NCBI GenBank assembly: GCA_964502175.1
Contig: CAZCVE010000014.1
Span: 24,969 to 88,968 of the forward strand
DNA length: 64,000 nt
Origin: an uncultured Sandaracinaceae bacterium
GTDB lineage: Bacteria > Myxococcota_A > Polyangia > Polyangiales > Sandaracinaceae
Reading direction: 5' to 3'
Shown here: positions 30,900 to 39,600 of the stretch, in pieces
Layout of the letters: each line of letters begins with the position of its first letter
Numbering within the stretch: position 1 is the stretch's first letter
Notes under the pieces: generated by a model
Seen by the model: only the letters and a program-made list of their open reading frames with translations
What the model was told of the DNA's origin: nothing
The model's database searches: none
Program-made: the position numbers and the translations under genes

Positions 30900-33101
30900 T
30901 CAGAGCCCCAGCTTCTTCGCCTGGGTGAGCAGCGCCTCGAGGCGCGACTTGGTGCTCGCGTCGCCCGCGTCGGCCGAGAGCTTCGCGAGGAACGCGCTCA
31001 CGCTGAGGTTCTTCAGCGCTTCGCTGTCGAGCTTGGGGTTCTTGAGGATCTCGGTGAGATCCTCGGGGAGGCTGCGGTTGTTCTGGAGGTAGTCCGCGAG
31101 CACCGTCTTGATGGTCTGGCTGTTGTCGACGGTGGCGTCGATCGCCTGACCCATCGTGAGGGCGCTGGCGAAGCGCTCGAAGAACTGACCGTCGCCGCCG
31201 ACGATCTGGATCTTCGCGTTGCCCATCGCGGTGGCCATGACCTCGGCCTGGGCCTTCGCGATCTCCTTCTTCACCTCGATGCCAGCGAGCTCCACGGCCT
31301 TCTCCTTGTCGAGGCGGAGGCGGAACTCTTCGTGCTCGCGGCCGACGCCGTCGAGCGCCTTCATGGCGTTGGCCTTCTGCGCGAGACCCGCCGCCTCGGC
31401 TTCGAGCTTCTGCTGGATCGCGCCGGCCTCGGCCTCGCCGCGCTTGGCGATGGCGAGCGCCTCGGCCTCTCGCACGCGGGCGAGCGCGAGACCCTTCTGC
31501 TCCTCGCCCTGCACCTCGATGGTCGTGCGCTCGCGGATCACGGCGGCCTCGGCGAGGCCTGCCTTGCCCTGCGCCTCGCCGCGCTTCTCGAGGACCTTGG
31601 CCTCGGCCATGCCCTTGTTCTCGAGGCCGGTCGCCTCGGCCGTCATCTTCTTCTCGATGACGAGCGCCTCGGCCATGCCCTGCTTCTCGATCGCGGCGGC
31701 CTGCGCCTCGCGAACGCGCACCTCGGCGAGGCCCGCGGCCGCGTGCTCGGCCTGGACGCCCTCGGCGACGCGCATCTTCGCGCGCGCCTGCTTGTCGGCG
31801 GTCTCGAGGTCCGCGTCGGCGATGGTCACGCGCCGCTTGGCTTCGTGACGCGCCACGGCCTCGTCGGCTTCGGCCTTCTTCACGATGCGCACGGCGGCCT
31901 CCTCGGCCGACGCGCTCGCCGTGATGACGACCGCTTCCTTCTGGCGCTTGGCCTCCGCGACGAGGCGGAGATCCTTGATGCGCTCCTCTTCCTCCGCGAC
32001 GGTCTTGTCGACCGCGATGCGCGCGCGCACCACGTCGGCGATGTCCTTCTTCTGGACCTCGACTTCCTTCTCCTTCGCGATCGAGCCGAGGCTGACCTCG
32101 CGCTCGCGCACGATCTGCTCGAGGGCTCGCGCCTTCTCGACGCGCTCGGTCTCGACGGCGATCTCGCGCTCGCGGCCCTTCTGGGCGATCGCGGCGCCGC
32201 GCTCCTTGTTCTGCTGCGCGACGAGGATCTCCTCTTCGTACTTGGCGCGGAGGACCTGCGTCTTCTTCGCCTCTTCGTCCGAGATGCGCTGCGCCTCTTG
32301 CTGCTCGCGGGCCTGCGACGACGTGATCTCCTTGTTGGTCTTGGCCTCGACCTCGGCGCGGCGCTGGTTGAACGCGAACATCGCCTCGTCGCCCTTGAGC
32401 GTCTGGCTGCCGATGTCCATGCGCTCCTTCTGACGGAGCTCGTTCGTCATCACGTTCTGCACGGTCGTGATGTCGGTGATCTTCTTGATGCCCTGCGCGT
32501 CGAGGATGTTCTGCGCGTCCATGAGCTCGAGCGGCGTCTGCTCGAGGTAGTCGATGGCCACGTCGTCGAGGACGAAGCCGTTGAGGTCACGGCCGATGAC
32601 CTCCTTGATCTGATCGCGGAAGACCTCGCGCTTCTTGTAGAGGTCCTCGAAGTCGAGCTGCTTGCCGACGGTCTTGAGCGCTTCCGAGAACTTGGCGGTG
32701 AAGAGGTGCTCGATCGTCTTCTGGTCGGAGGCGCGTGCGGCGCCGATGGACTGCGCGACCTTGAGCACGTCCTCCACCGTCTTGTTCACGCGGACGAAGA
32801 ACGTGACCTTGATGTCCGCGCGGATGTTGTCGGCGCAGATGAGGCCTTCCTTCCCTCGGCGATCGATCTCGATGGTCTTCACCGAGATGTCCATGATCTC
32901 GGCGCGGTTGATGATGGGCCACACCGTGAACCCGGTGAACGTCACGTGCGGCTCGCCGCCTCCGAGCCCGGCGCCCGTCTTGATCAGGGCCCGACCCTGA
33001 TCGACCAAGCGGTAGAAGCGCGCGAGCATCGCGAGGAAGCCCAAGACGAGCACCACTGCGGCTAGGACGACGCCCACGATCATCAGCTGGTTCGACGACA
33101 T
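30900..33101 (-). CDS. flotillin-like protein (SPFH/band-7 domain with long EA-rich coiled coil)
   Basis: N-terminal TM helix and SPFH domain (ISVKTIEIDRRGKEGLICADNIRADIKVTFFVRV). Long AEA/EAQ repeat helical region typical of flotillins. SD GGGAGGA upstream of ATG. Confidence 0.85.
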   Translation of the reverse strand: MSSNQLMIVGVVLAAVVLVLGFLAMLARFYRLVDQGRALIKTGAGLGGGEPHVTFTGFTVWPIINRAEIMDISVKTIEIDRRGKEGLICADNIRADIKVTFFVRVNKTVEDVLKVAQSIGAARASDQKTIEHLFTAKFSEALKTVGKQLDFEDLYKKREVFRDQIKEVIGRDLNGFVLDDVAIDYLEQTPLELMDAQNILDAQGIKKITDITTVQNVMTNELRQKERMDIGSQTLKGDEAMFAFNQRRAEVEAKTNKEITSSQAREQQEAQRISDEEAKKTQVLRAKYEEEILVAQQNKERGAAIAQKGREREIAVETERVEKARALEQIVREREVSLGSIAKEKEVEVQKKDIADVVRARIAVDKTVAEEEERIKDLRLVAEAKRQKEAVVITASASAEEAAVRIVKKAEADEAVARHEAKRRVTIADADLETADKQARAKMRVAEGVQAEHAAAGLAEVRVREAQAAAIEKQGMAEALVIEKKMTAEATGLENKGMAEAKVLEKRGEAQGKAGLAEAAVIRERTTIEVQGEEQKGLALARVREAEALAIAKRGEAEAGAIQQKLEAEAAGLAQKANAMKALDGVGREHEEFRLRLDKEKAVELAGIEVKKEIAKAQAEVMATAMGNAKIQIVGGDGQFFERFASALTMGQAIDATVDNSQTIKTVLADYLQNNRSLPEDLTEILKNPKLDSEALKNLSVSAFLAKLSADAGDASTKSRLEALLTQAKKLGL

Positions 33102-33265
33102 GATCCTCCCTCTGCCTCGTGTGAACGAGGCTACGAGCGCCGCGGATCCAATCAGACCCGCGCGGTGTTGTCACCGCCGCTCTCTCCTCCGTGCCGTGCC
33201 GAAAACGAGCGAGGACCGTCGACATTCCCTCGGGGTTGTGAAGGGCCCCGGAAGGAACCGATGGA

Positions 33266-33988
33266 TCAGGTCCGCTTTCCCGAGGCCTTCTCGGATCCCT
33301 TGCGTTTCTGGGCGCTCTCGTCGATCGTGCTCATCGGCTCGACCTCGAAGCTCTCCGTCTTCGCGTCCCAGCCGAGGATGAGCGCCTCGTCGTCTCGTGC
33401 GAGCGCGTCCGGATCGGCGCACCGCACCTGGAGCTGAAGGCCCGCTGCGCCGTCGTCGAGGTGACCCTCGCCGAACCTGCCGTCGACGCGTCCCGTCGTG
33501 ATGCGCACGACCTTGCCGACGAGATCCTTGTGCTTGGTTCCTTGCTTCGTCGCGAACAAAGGAGCGAGCGGACGGACGGCCGCGCTCGTCGCGAGGAGGC
33601 TCGTGGCGAACGACGCGATGAAGACGAGCGCGCTGATCGCGATCGCAGGGAGCGGGACGACCGGGCCGACATTCTTTGCGAGCACGTAGCTGACGATCCA
33701 TCCGAACAGACTCAGGAACGAGAGGGACACCGTGACGGGCACGCTGCGCAGCTTGAGGGCCGAGAGGAGGGACGAGAGCACGCCCTCCTTGGCGGCGGCC
33801 CCGTCGGCGAGACCGTCGTGCCCGACATCGTGCGCGTGACCGGCGTCGCCGACGTGGGCGTGGCCGACGTCCGCCATCACCTTGCCCTCTGCGCCGCCGA
33901 GGACGTCGACGTCGAGCGCGCCCAGGATCACGGTGAGCCAGTACACGACGGATGCGATGACCAGGCAGGTCCACGGCAGCGTCGGCAT
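33266..33988 (-). CDS. NfeD-like membrane protein (OB-fold C-terminus)
   Basis: N-terminal TM helices. C-terminal NfeD beta-barrel (GKVVRITTGRVDGRFGEGHLDDGAAGLQLQVRC). Start ATG at the complement of 33986-33988, or GTG about 34021. Sits upstream of the flotillin gene in the canonical nfeD-flotillin arrangement. Confidence 0.7.
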   Translation of the reverse strand: MPTLPWTCLVIASVVYWLTVILGALDVDVLGGAEGKVMADVGHAHVGDAGHAHDVGHDGLADGAAAKEGVLSSLLSALKLRSVPVTVSLSFLSLFGWIVSYVLAKNVGPVVPLPAIAISALVFIASFATSLLATSAAVRPLAPLFATKQGTKHKDLVGKVVRITTGRVDGRFGEGHLDDGAAGLQLQVRCADPDALARDDEALILGWDAKTESFEVEPMSTIDESAQKRKGSEKASGKRT

Positions 33989-34121
33989 CGAGAAGACGAT
34001 GGAGAGGAGCTCGTCCACGGGTGCAGTCTGCCAGACACCGCGGTGATCCGTTCGATTCCGCGCGCGTGATCGTGAGCCTTGGCCTCGGCGCACGGTCCCG
34101 GCTACCGTTCCGGTCTCGCGG

Positions 34122-34532
34122 GTGGATGCGCACGACGACAGCACGGCCGGCAAGCCCGGCTCTCCGAAGAAGGACGACGCGGCCCACGAGCCCCGCGTGA
34201 GGATCGTCTTCGTCGAAGATCTCGCGCCGCTCCGGCGGCTCGTGGTCTCCGCGCTCGCCTACGAAGGCATCGACGTGCGCGGCGCGGGGACGCTCTCCGA
34301 GGGGCTCGCCGCGGTCGTCGCGGGGGACCTCGACGTGCTCGTGACCGACCACTGCTTGCCCGACGGAACGGGGCGCGAGCTCGTCGAGCACGCGCGTCGG
34401 GTGAAGCCGGGGCTCAAGACGATGTGCGTGTCGGGCTCGCCGCAGCGCGACCCGATCTTCGATCGCGTCATCGAGAAGCCGTTCGACGTCGAGGTGCTCG
34501 CGGCCGAGATCCGCGCGCTCGCGCGGCGCTGA
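34122..34532 (+). CDS. stand-alone response-regulator receiver domain (CheY-like)
   Basis: REC motifs: RIVFVEDLAPLRRLV, phospho-acceptor D in LDVLVTDHCLPDGTG, and conserved Lys region. The true start may be internal. Confidence 0.75.
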   Translation: MDAHDDSTAGKPGSPKKDDAAHEPRVRIVFVEDLAPLRRLVVSALAYEGIDVRGAGTLSEGLAAVVAGDLDVLVTDHCLPDGTGRELVEHARRVKPGLKTMCVSGSPQRDPIFDRVIEKPFDVEVLAAEIRALARR

Positions 34533-34573
34533 GGGTCTCGACGTTCGCCCGGAAACAGGGCAGATCCGGGGCC

Positions 34574-35446
34574 GTGACCGAACAGGCCGAGCCCGAAGTC
34601 CTCGCCCCTCCCGACCCGAATCCCGAGGCAGCGCCCGTCGTGTCGTCGCCTGCCGCGTCAGCGGCCGTGTCGTCGGCTCCCCAGTCGCCCGCCGTGTCGT
34701 ACGGCTTCTTCGGAACGCTGCGTCGCATGTGGCGCATGTTCGTGATCACGACGTGGACCTACTGGGTCGTCACGATCCACCGCATCAAGGGCACGCCGCC
34801 CGAGGGCACGCACGCGAAGGGCCTCCGCTTCTGGGCGCGCGGCGCGCGACGCATCCTCGGCGTGGACTTCCGCGTGGTGAGCGGTGAAGCGCGCGAGCCG
34901 ACGAAGGCGCGCCTCGTCGTCGCGAACCACCGTACGCCGCTCGACATCATCCCGATCGACATCCTCTTCGGCGGGCACTTCCTCGCGAACCACAAGACGC
35001 GCACGGCGCCCGTCGTCGGCATGGCGGCAGAGATGGTCGGCACGATCTTCGTGGACCGCGACGACCGTCGCTCGGGCGCGAACGCGATCCGCACGATGAA
35101 GCGCTACCTCGAAGAGAAGCGCACCGTGATCGTGTTCCCCGAGGGCACGACCTACGGCGGCGACGAGGTGCGCACGTTCCAGCGCGGCGCGTTCCTCGCG
35201 GCCAAGGGGCTCGACGTGGAGATCATCCCCGTGGGCATCGCGTATCCGCCGGGGAACGAGTTCACGGGCCAGTCGCTCGGCGCACACGCGCGCGGCTTCC
35301 TCTCGCGCAGAGTGAACCGCGCGTGGATCTCGATCGGCGAGCCCATCGCGGCCGACCTCGTGGTGCGTGACGAAGAGCTCGTGCGCACGCGCGTGCAAGA
35401 GCTCGTCGACCGCTCGCGCGAGCGCGCGAAGGCAGAGGGCGCGTGA
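34574..35446 (+). CDS. lysophospholipid/1-acyl-sn-glycerol-3-phosphate acyltransferase (PlsC family)
   Basis: HX4D motif (VANHRTPLD) and FPEGTT motif. GTG start at 34574; an alternative ATG lies about 34729. Confidence 0.75.
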   Translation: MTEQAEPEVLAPPDPNPEAAPVVSSPAASAAVSSAPQSPAVSYGFFGTLRRMWRMFVITTWTYWVVTIHRIKGTPPEGTHAKGLRFWARGARRILGVDFRVVSGEAREPTKARLVVANHRTPLDIIPIDILFGGHFLANHKTRTAPVVGMAAEMVGTIFVDRDDRRSGANAIRTMKRYLEEKRTVIVFPEGTTYGGDEVRTFQRGAFLAAKGLDVEIIPVGIAYPPGNEFTGQSLGAHARGFLSRRVNRAWISIGEPIAADLVVRDEELVRTRVQELVDRSRERAKAEGA

Positions 35447-36648
35447 GCCAAGAGCCTGCGATCCACACGCTGCTCGGCTCGATCCAGCTCGCGCTGGTGG
35501 CCGAGCGCGCGCGCGGCTGGCTGATCTACGACCTGCGCGGGAAGAGCCTCGTGGCGACGCGGCTGCTCGGGCTGCGCGTGGGCGGGACCGAGCGTCGGTT
35601 CTTCTACTGGATCCCGGCGGAGGGATTGCCGGTCGCGATCGTCCACGAAGACGACGCGACGGGACTGCCCGAGCTGCCCGGGGATCGCGTTCGGTATCGC
35701 ACCGCGATCGAGCTGAGGAGCGCGCTCGAGGCGCAGGTGCCGCGCGAGGGCTCGGTGCTGGTCGAGCAGGCGCCGTTCGCGCAGATCGCGGACCTCGCGG
35801 TGGTCGACGAGGCGACGCTCTCGCTCCTCCGTGGTCGCGACACGATGGCGAAGAGCTCGCTCGAGCTCGTGAACCGCTTCGCGGGCCCGCTCGCGGAGGC
35901 GGAGCGCGACGAGGTCACGAACGTGATCTCCGATCTCGCGGCGCTGCGCGGCGCGCTCGCGCGCGCGCTCGCGGGTGGCGCGTTCGCGACGTGGCAGGAC
36001 CTCTACTTCCGCGCGGAGAACGAGGCCGCCGCGCGGATGCTCGAGCTCACCGTCGAGTCGGGCTTCGCGATCGATCAGCTCGCGCGCGCGCAGCGAGCGC
36101 CGGAGCGCGAAGGCGGCGCGATCGTGCCGGGCTCGAGCGCGCGCATGGACCTCTGGGCGATGCGACGCGGCGGACACTCGCGCGTGCTCGTGCCGTGCTC
36201 GATCGATCTCGTGGTCGGCAGCGAGAGCGCGGCGCACGCGAGCCTCGCGGCGGTCGTCGCGGCGACGGAGGACGAGATCGTGCGTGCCATCGACGAGCGC
36301 GCGAAGCGCTCGCGCTCTCACGCGACGCGCGTGCTGGGCAGCGAGATCGCCGAGATCGCGTGGAGCGCGGTGCGACGCCGCGGGCTCGCGCTCACCTCGA
36401 CGTGCGCGGGCTGGCCGCTCGGGCCGGTGGCGCGCGGATCGCACGCGTGCACGTTCGACGCGGAGGGCTTCGCGGATCCTCGCGAGCTCGTGCTGGGCAC
36501 CGCGTGGGCGCTGCGCCTCGGCGTGGACGACGGTCGCGCGATCGCGTGGCGCACGGCGGTGATCGAGCGCGTCGAGGGTGGCGTGCGCTTCCTCGCGCGC
36601 GGCGGCGACGGATGCCTCGTGGTGAACGCCGCTGCGTCGCGCGAGTAG
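35443..36648 (+). CDS. hypothetical protein (possible M24/creatinase-fold relative lacking obvious metal ligands)
   Basis: GTGA overlap with the acyltransferase stop. Coherent 401-aa ORF. Weak resemblance to the pita-bread fold only. Confidence 0.4.
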   Translation: MSQEPAIHTLLGSIQLALVAERARGWLIYDLRGKSLVATRLLGLRVGGTERRFFYWIPAEGLPVAIVHEDDATGLPELPGDRVRYRTAIELRSALEAQVPREGSVLVEQAPFAQIADLAVVDEATLSLLRGRDTMAKSSLELVNRFAGPLAEAERDEVTNVISDLAALRGALARALAGGAFATWQDLYFRAENEAAARMLELTVESGFAIDQLARAQRAPEREGGAIVPGSSARMDLWAMRRGGHSRVLVPCSIDLVVGSESAAHASLAAVVAATEDEIVRAIDERAKRSRSHATRVLGSEIAEIAWSAVRRRGLALTSTCAGWPLGPVARGSHACTFDAEGFADPRELVLGTAWALRLGVDDGRAIAWRTAVIERVEGGVRFLARGGDGCLVVNAAASRE

Positions 36649-36665
36649 GACGCTCGTAGTTCTCG

Positions 36666-39600
36666 TCACGCGCGAGGGCGACCGCGCCGACCGGGCTCTG
36701 CGGGTGGGTGCGCGACGAGGAAGCGGTGCAGCGTGGCGCGGCTCACGCCGAGCGCTCGCGCGGCGTTCGTTCGGTTGCCCGCGGCGTCCGTGAGGGCGCG
36801 CTCGACGCGACGCGCCGACAGCTCGACGCGCGGCCCGCCGAGGCTGCGCTCGCTCGGCGTCGCGAGCCCCAGATCGTCGGGCTCGATCGTGTCTGACTCG
36901 GCGATGGCGCAGGCGCGTCGCAAGGCTTGCTCGAGCTCGCGCACGTTGCCGGGAAACGGATGCGCCAGCAGCGACGCGAGCGCGCGCCGCGAGAGCTTGC
37001 GACGCGGGGGCGCGAGGCGATCGAGGATCGCGCTCGCGAGGAGCGGGATGTCCGAGGCGCGCTCGCGGAGCGGCGGCAGCGACACGGCGACGCCCGCGAG
37101 CCGGAAGTAGAGGTCGCGACGAAACGTGCCGCGCTCGACCTCGTCGGCGAGCCGGCGGTGCGTCGCGGTGACGATGCGGACGTCGATCGCGATCGCGGCG
37201 CGGCCACCGACGGGCCGCACCTCGCGCTCTTGGAGCGCGCGCAGCAGGCGCACCTGCATCGACTGAGGCATCTCGCCGACCTCGTCGAGGAAGACCGTGC
37301 CGCCCTGCGCGCTGCGGAGCAGCCCGGCGTGGTCGCGCGTGGCTCCGGTGAAGGCTCCGCGCATGTGGCCGAAGAGCTCGCTCTCGAGGAGCGGCTCGGG
37401 GAGGGCGCCGCAGTTGATCGCGAGGAAGGGGCCGGTGCGGCGCGGGCTCTCGTCGTGCGCGAGCCGCGCGAAGAGCTCCTTGCCCGTGCCGGACTCGCCC
37501 TCGATGGTGACGGCGAGATCCGAGCGCGCGACCTTGCGCACGAGCTCGATCGCGGCGCGGATCGCGGGCGCGCGGCCGACGATGCCGCCCGGCGCGTCGT
37601 CGTGCGTGCCGTGGGACCCGAGGGTCGCGCGGCTCGCCAACAGCGCCGCCATGCGATCGGCCTCGAGCAGGTGCGTGCTCGCGCGCTCCTCGGCGGCCGC
37701 GCGCGAGCTCTCGGCCTCGCGCACGCGCGCCTCGCTCGCGCGATGGAGGCGCGCGTTCTCGAGCGCGAGACCGATCACGTCGGCGAACGCCTGCGCGGTC
37801 TCGGAGACCTCCGAGTCGAAGCGTCCGCGCTCGAAGCGGTGATCGAGGTAGAGCGCCCCGACGACGCCCGACGGTGATCGCACCGGGACGCACACGATCG
37901 AGCGGAGGCCGAGGTCGAGGATCGATCGCGAGCCCGCGAGCTCGGGGTCCTCCGTGGCGCTCGCGGTGACGAGCGGCTCGTTCGTCGCGAGCACGCGATC
38001 GGCGACGGAGCGGCTCATGCGAAACCGCGGCTGCTTGATCGTGTCGCGATCGAGGTTGCGCGCGACGGCGATCTCGGCGCGCTTCCCGCCGCGCTTCAGG
38101 AGGAGGAATCCCCGCTCGGCGCCCGACGCCGCGATCGCCTCGTCGAGCGCGGCCTCGAGCAAGCGTGACTCGTCGTCCTCGAGGAGCGTGCGTCGCACGA
38201 GAGAGACGAGGCGCTGGCCGACGATGCCGAGCCCGTCCGCTGCTCGCGAGCCTGCGGTCGACGTCGACGGAGCGGCGAGCGGTGCCGTCGGCGCCACGTT
38301 CTCGGTCCAACGACGTACGAAGCGCTCGCGCAGGCTCGCGGGCGTGCGCGCCGCGAGGTCACCCAGGCGGCGGCGAAACGCGGTCGTGTGCACGTCCGCA
38401 GCGCCCGTGCCGAGCTCGGCGTGCGAGCGCGCGAGGAACGCGAGCGCGTGCAGCTCTTGCTCGAGCTGCCGCGCAGCACGCGCGTGCTCCAGCGCTTCCT
38501 CGGCGAAGGTGCAGGCATCGCTGGTCCGTCGATCGCGGAGCGCGCGCGTGGCGCGGAGCACGGACGCACGCGCCGAGAGGCCCGCCTCCTCGAGCTCGGT
38601 GGACATCGTGCGTTCGAGGAGATCGTTCGCGCGGCCCTCGAGCGCGTCGATCTCCGCGAGGGCGAGCGACGCCTCGAGGGCCTGCCGCGAGGCGCCGAGC
38701 TGCGTGAACGACGTGCGCGCGGCCGCCGCGCGCTCACGCGCGGCCCGCACGTCTCCTCCATCGCGGGCCAGCTCCGCGCGCACCAACGCGACCTGTGCGA
38801 CGACCAGCGCGATGCCCGCGCGCTGCGCGACGTCGTCTGCGCGTTCGAGCAACGCGGCGGCTTCTTCGTCGGCGCGCAGGAGCTGGTGCAGGCCCGCGAG
38901 GTTGACGAGCGCCGTGGCCAGGGACGCGGCGCGACCGAGGCGCTCCGCGAGACCTGCGGCGCGCTCGTACGCCGCGATCGCTGCGTCGACGTGCCCCAGC
39001 ACGTGGTGCGCGGTCGCGAGGTTGCCGAGGTAGGGCGGCAGCGCGGAGAGATCACCCGCGGCCTCCGCGTGCGCGAGGGCGCGCGCGTGGTGTGAGAGCG
39101 CGCGCGCCGGATCGCCGCCGAGACCGGCGATCGCGCCGAGGCGGGCCTCGACGAGCGCGAGCAGCCCTCGATCGCCGAGCGACTCGGCTCTCTCTCTCGC
39201 GCGCTCTGCGCAGGCCACCGCATCTGCGCGATCTCCTCGCGCGAGCGCGACGTCGCTCGCGATCGTGTCGAGGCGTGCGCGTGCGATCGCGTCGAGCGTC
39301 GAAGGCGCGCGATCGATCAGAGCGCGCGCGAGCTCGAGCTGGCCGCGTCGGTGTGCGCTGGTCGCGCCTGCGATCAGCGCGACGGCGAGCACGTCGGGCG
39401 ACAGCTCGGGCTCGTCGAGCAGCGAGCGCGCTTCGTCGAGCGCCTCGTCGAACCGGCCGAGACGCTCGAGGAAGCGCGCCCTGTCGGCGCGATCGTTCGT
39501 CGAGCGACGAGCAGCAGCGACACGGTCGATCGCCGTGAGCGCCTGCGCGACCGATCCGACGCGACCATGGGCCCACGCCGCGAGTCGGAGGGCCTCGTCG

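Noticed and set aside
27960-33065. 1701-aa plus-strand ORF
   Set aside because: Antisense to the giant AAA+ ATPase and flotillin genes. The translation is dominated by Leu/Arg/Glu/Asp repeats, mirroring the coiled-coil coding strand.
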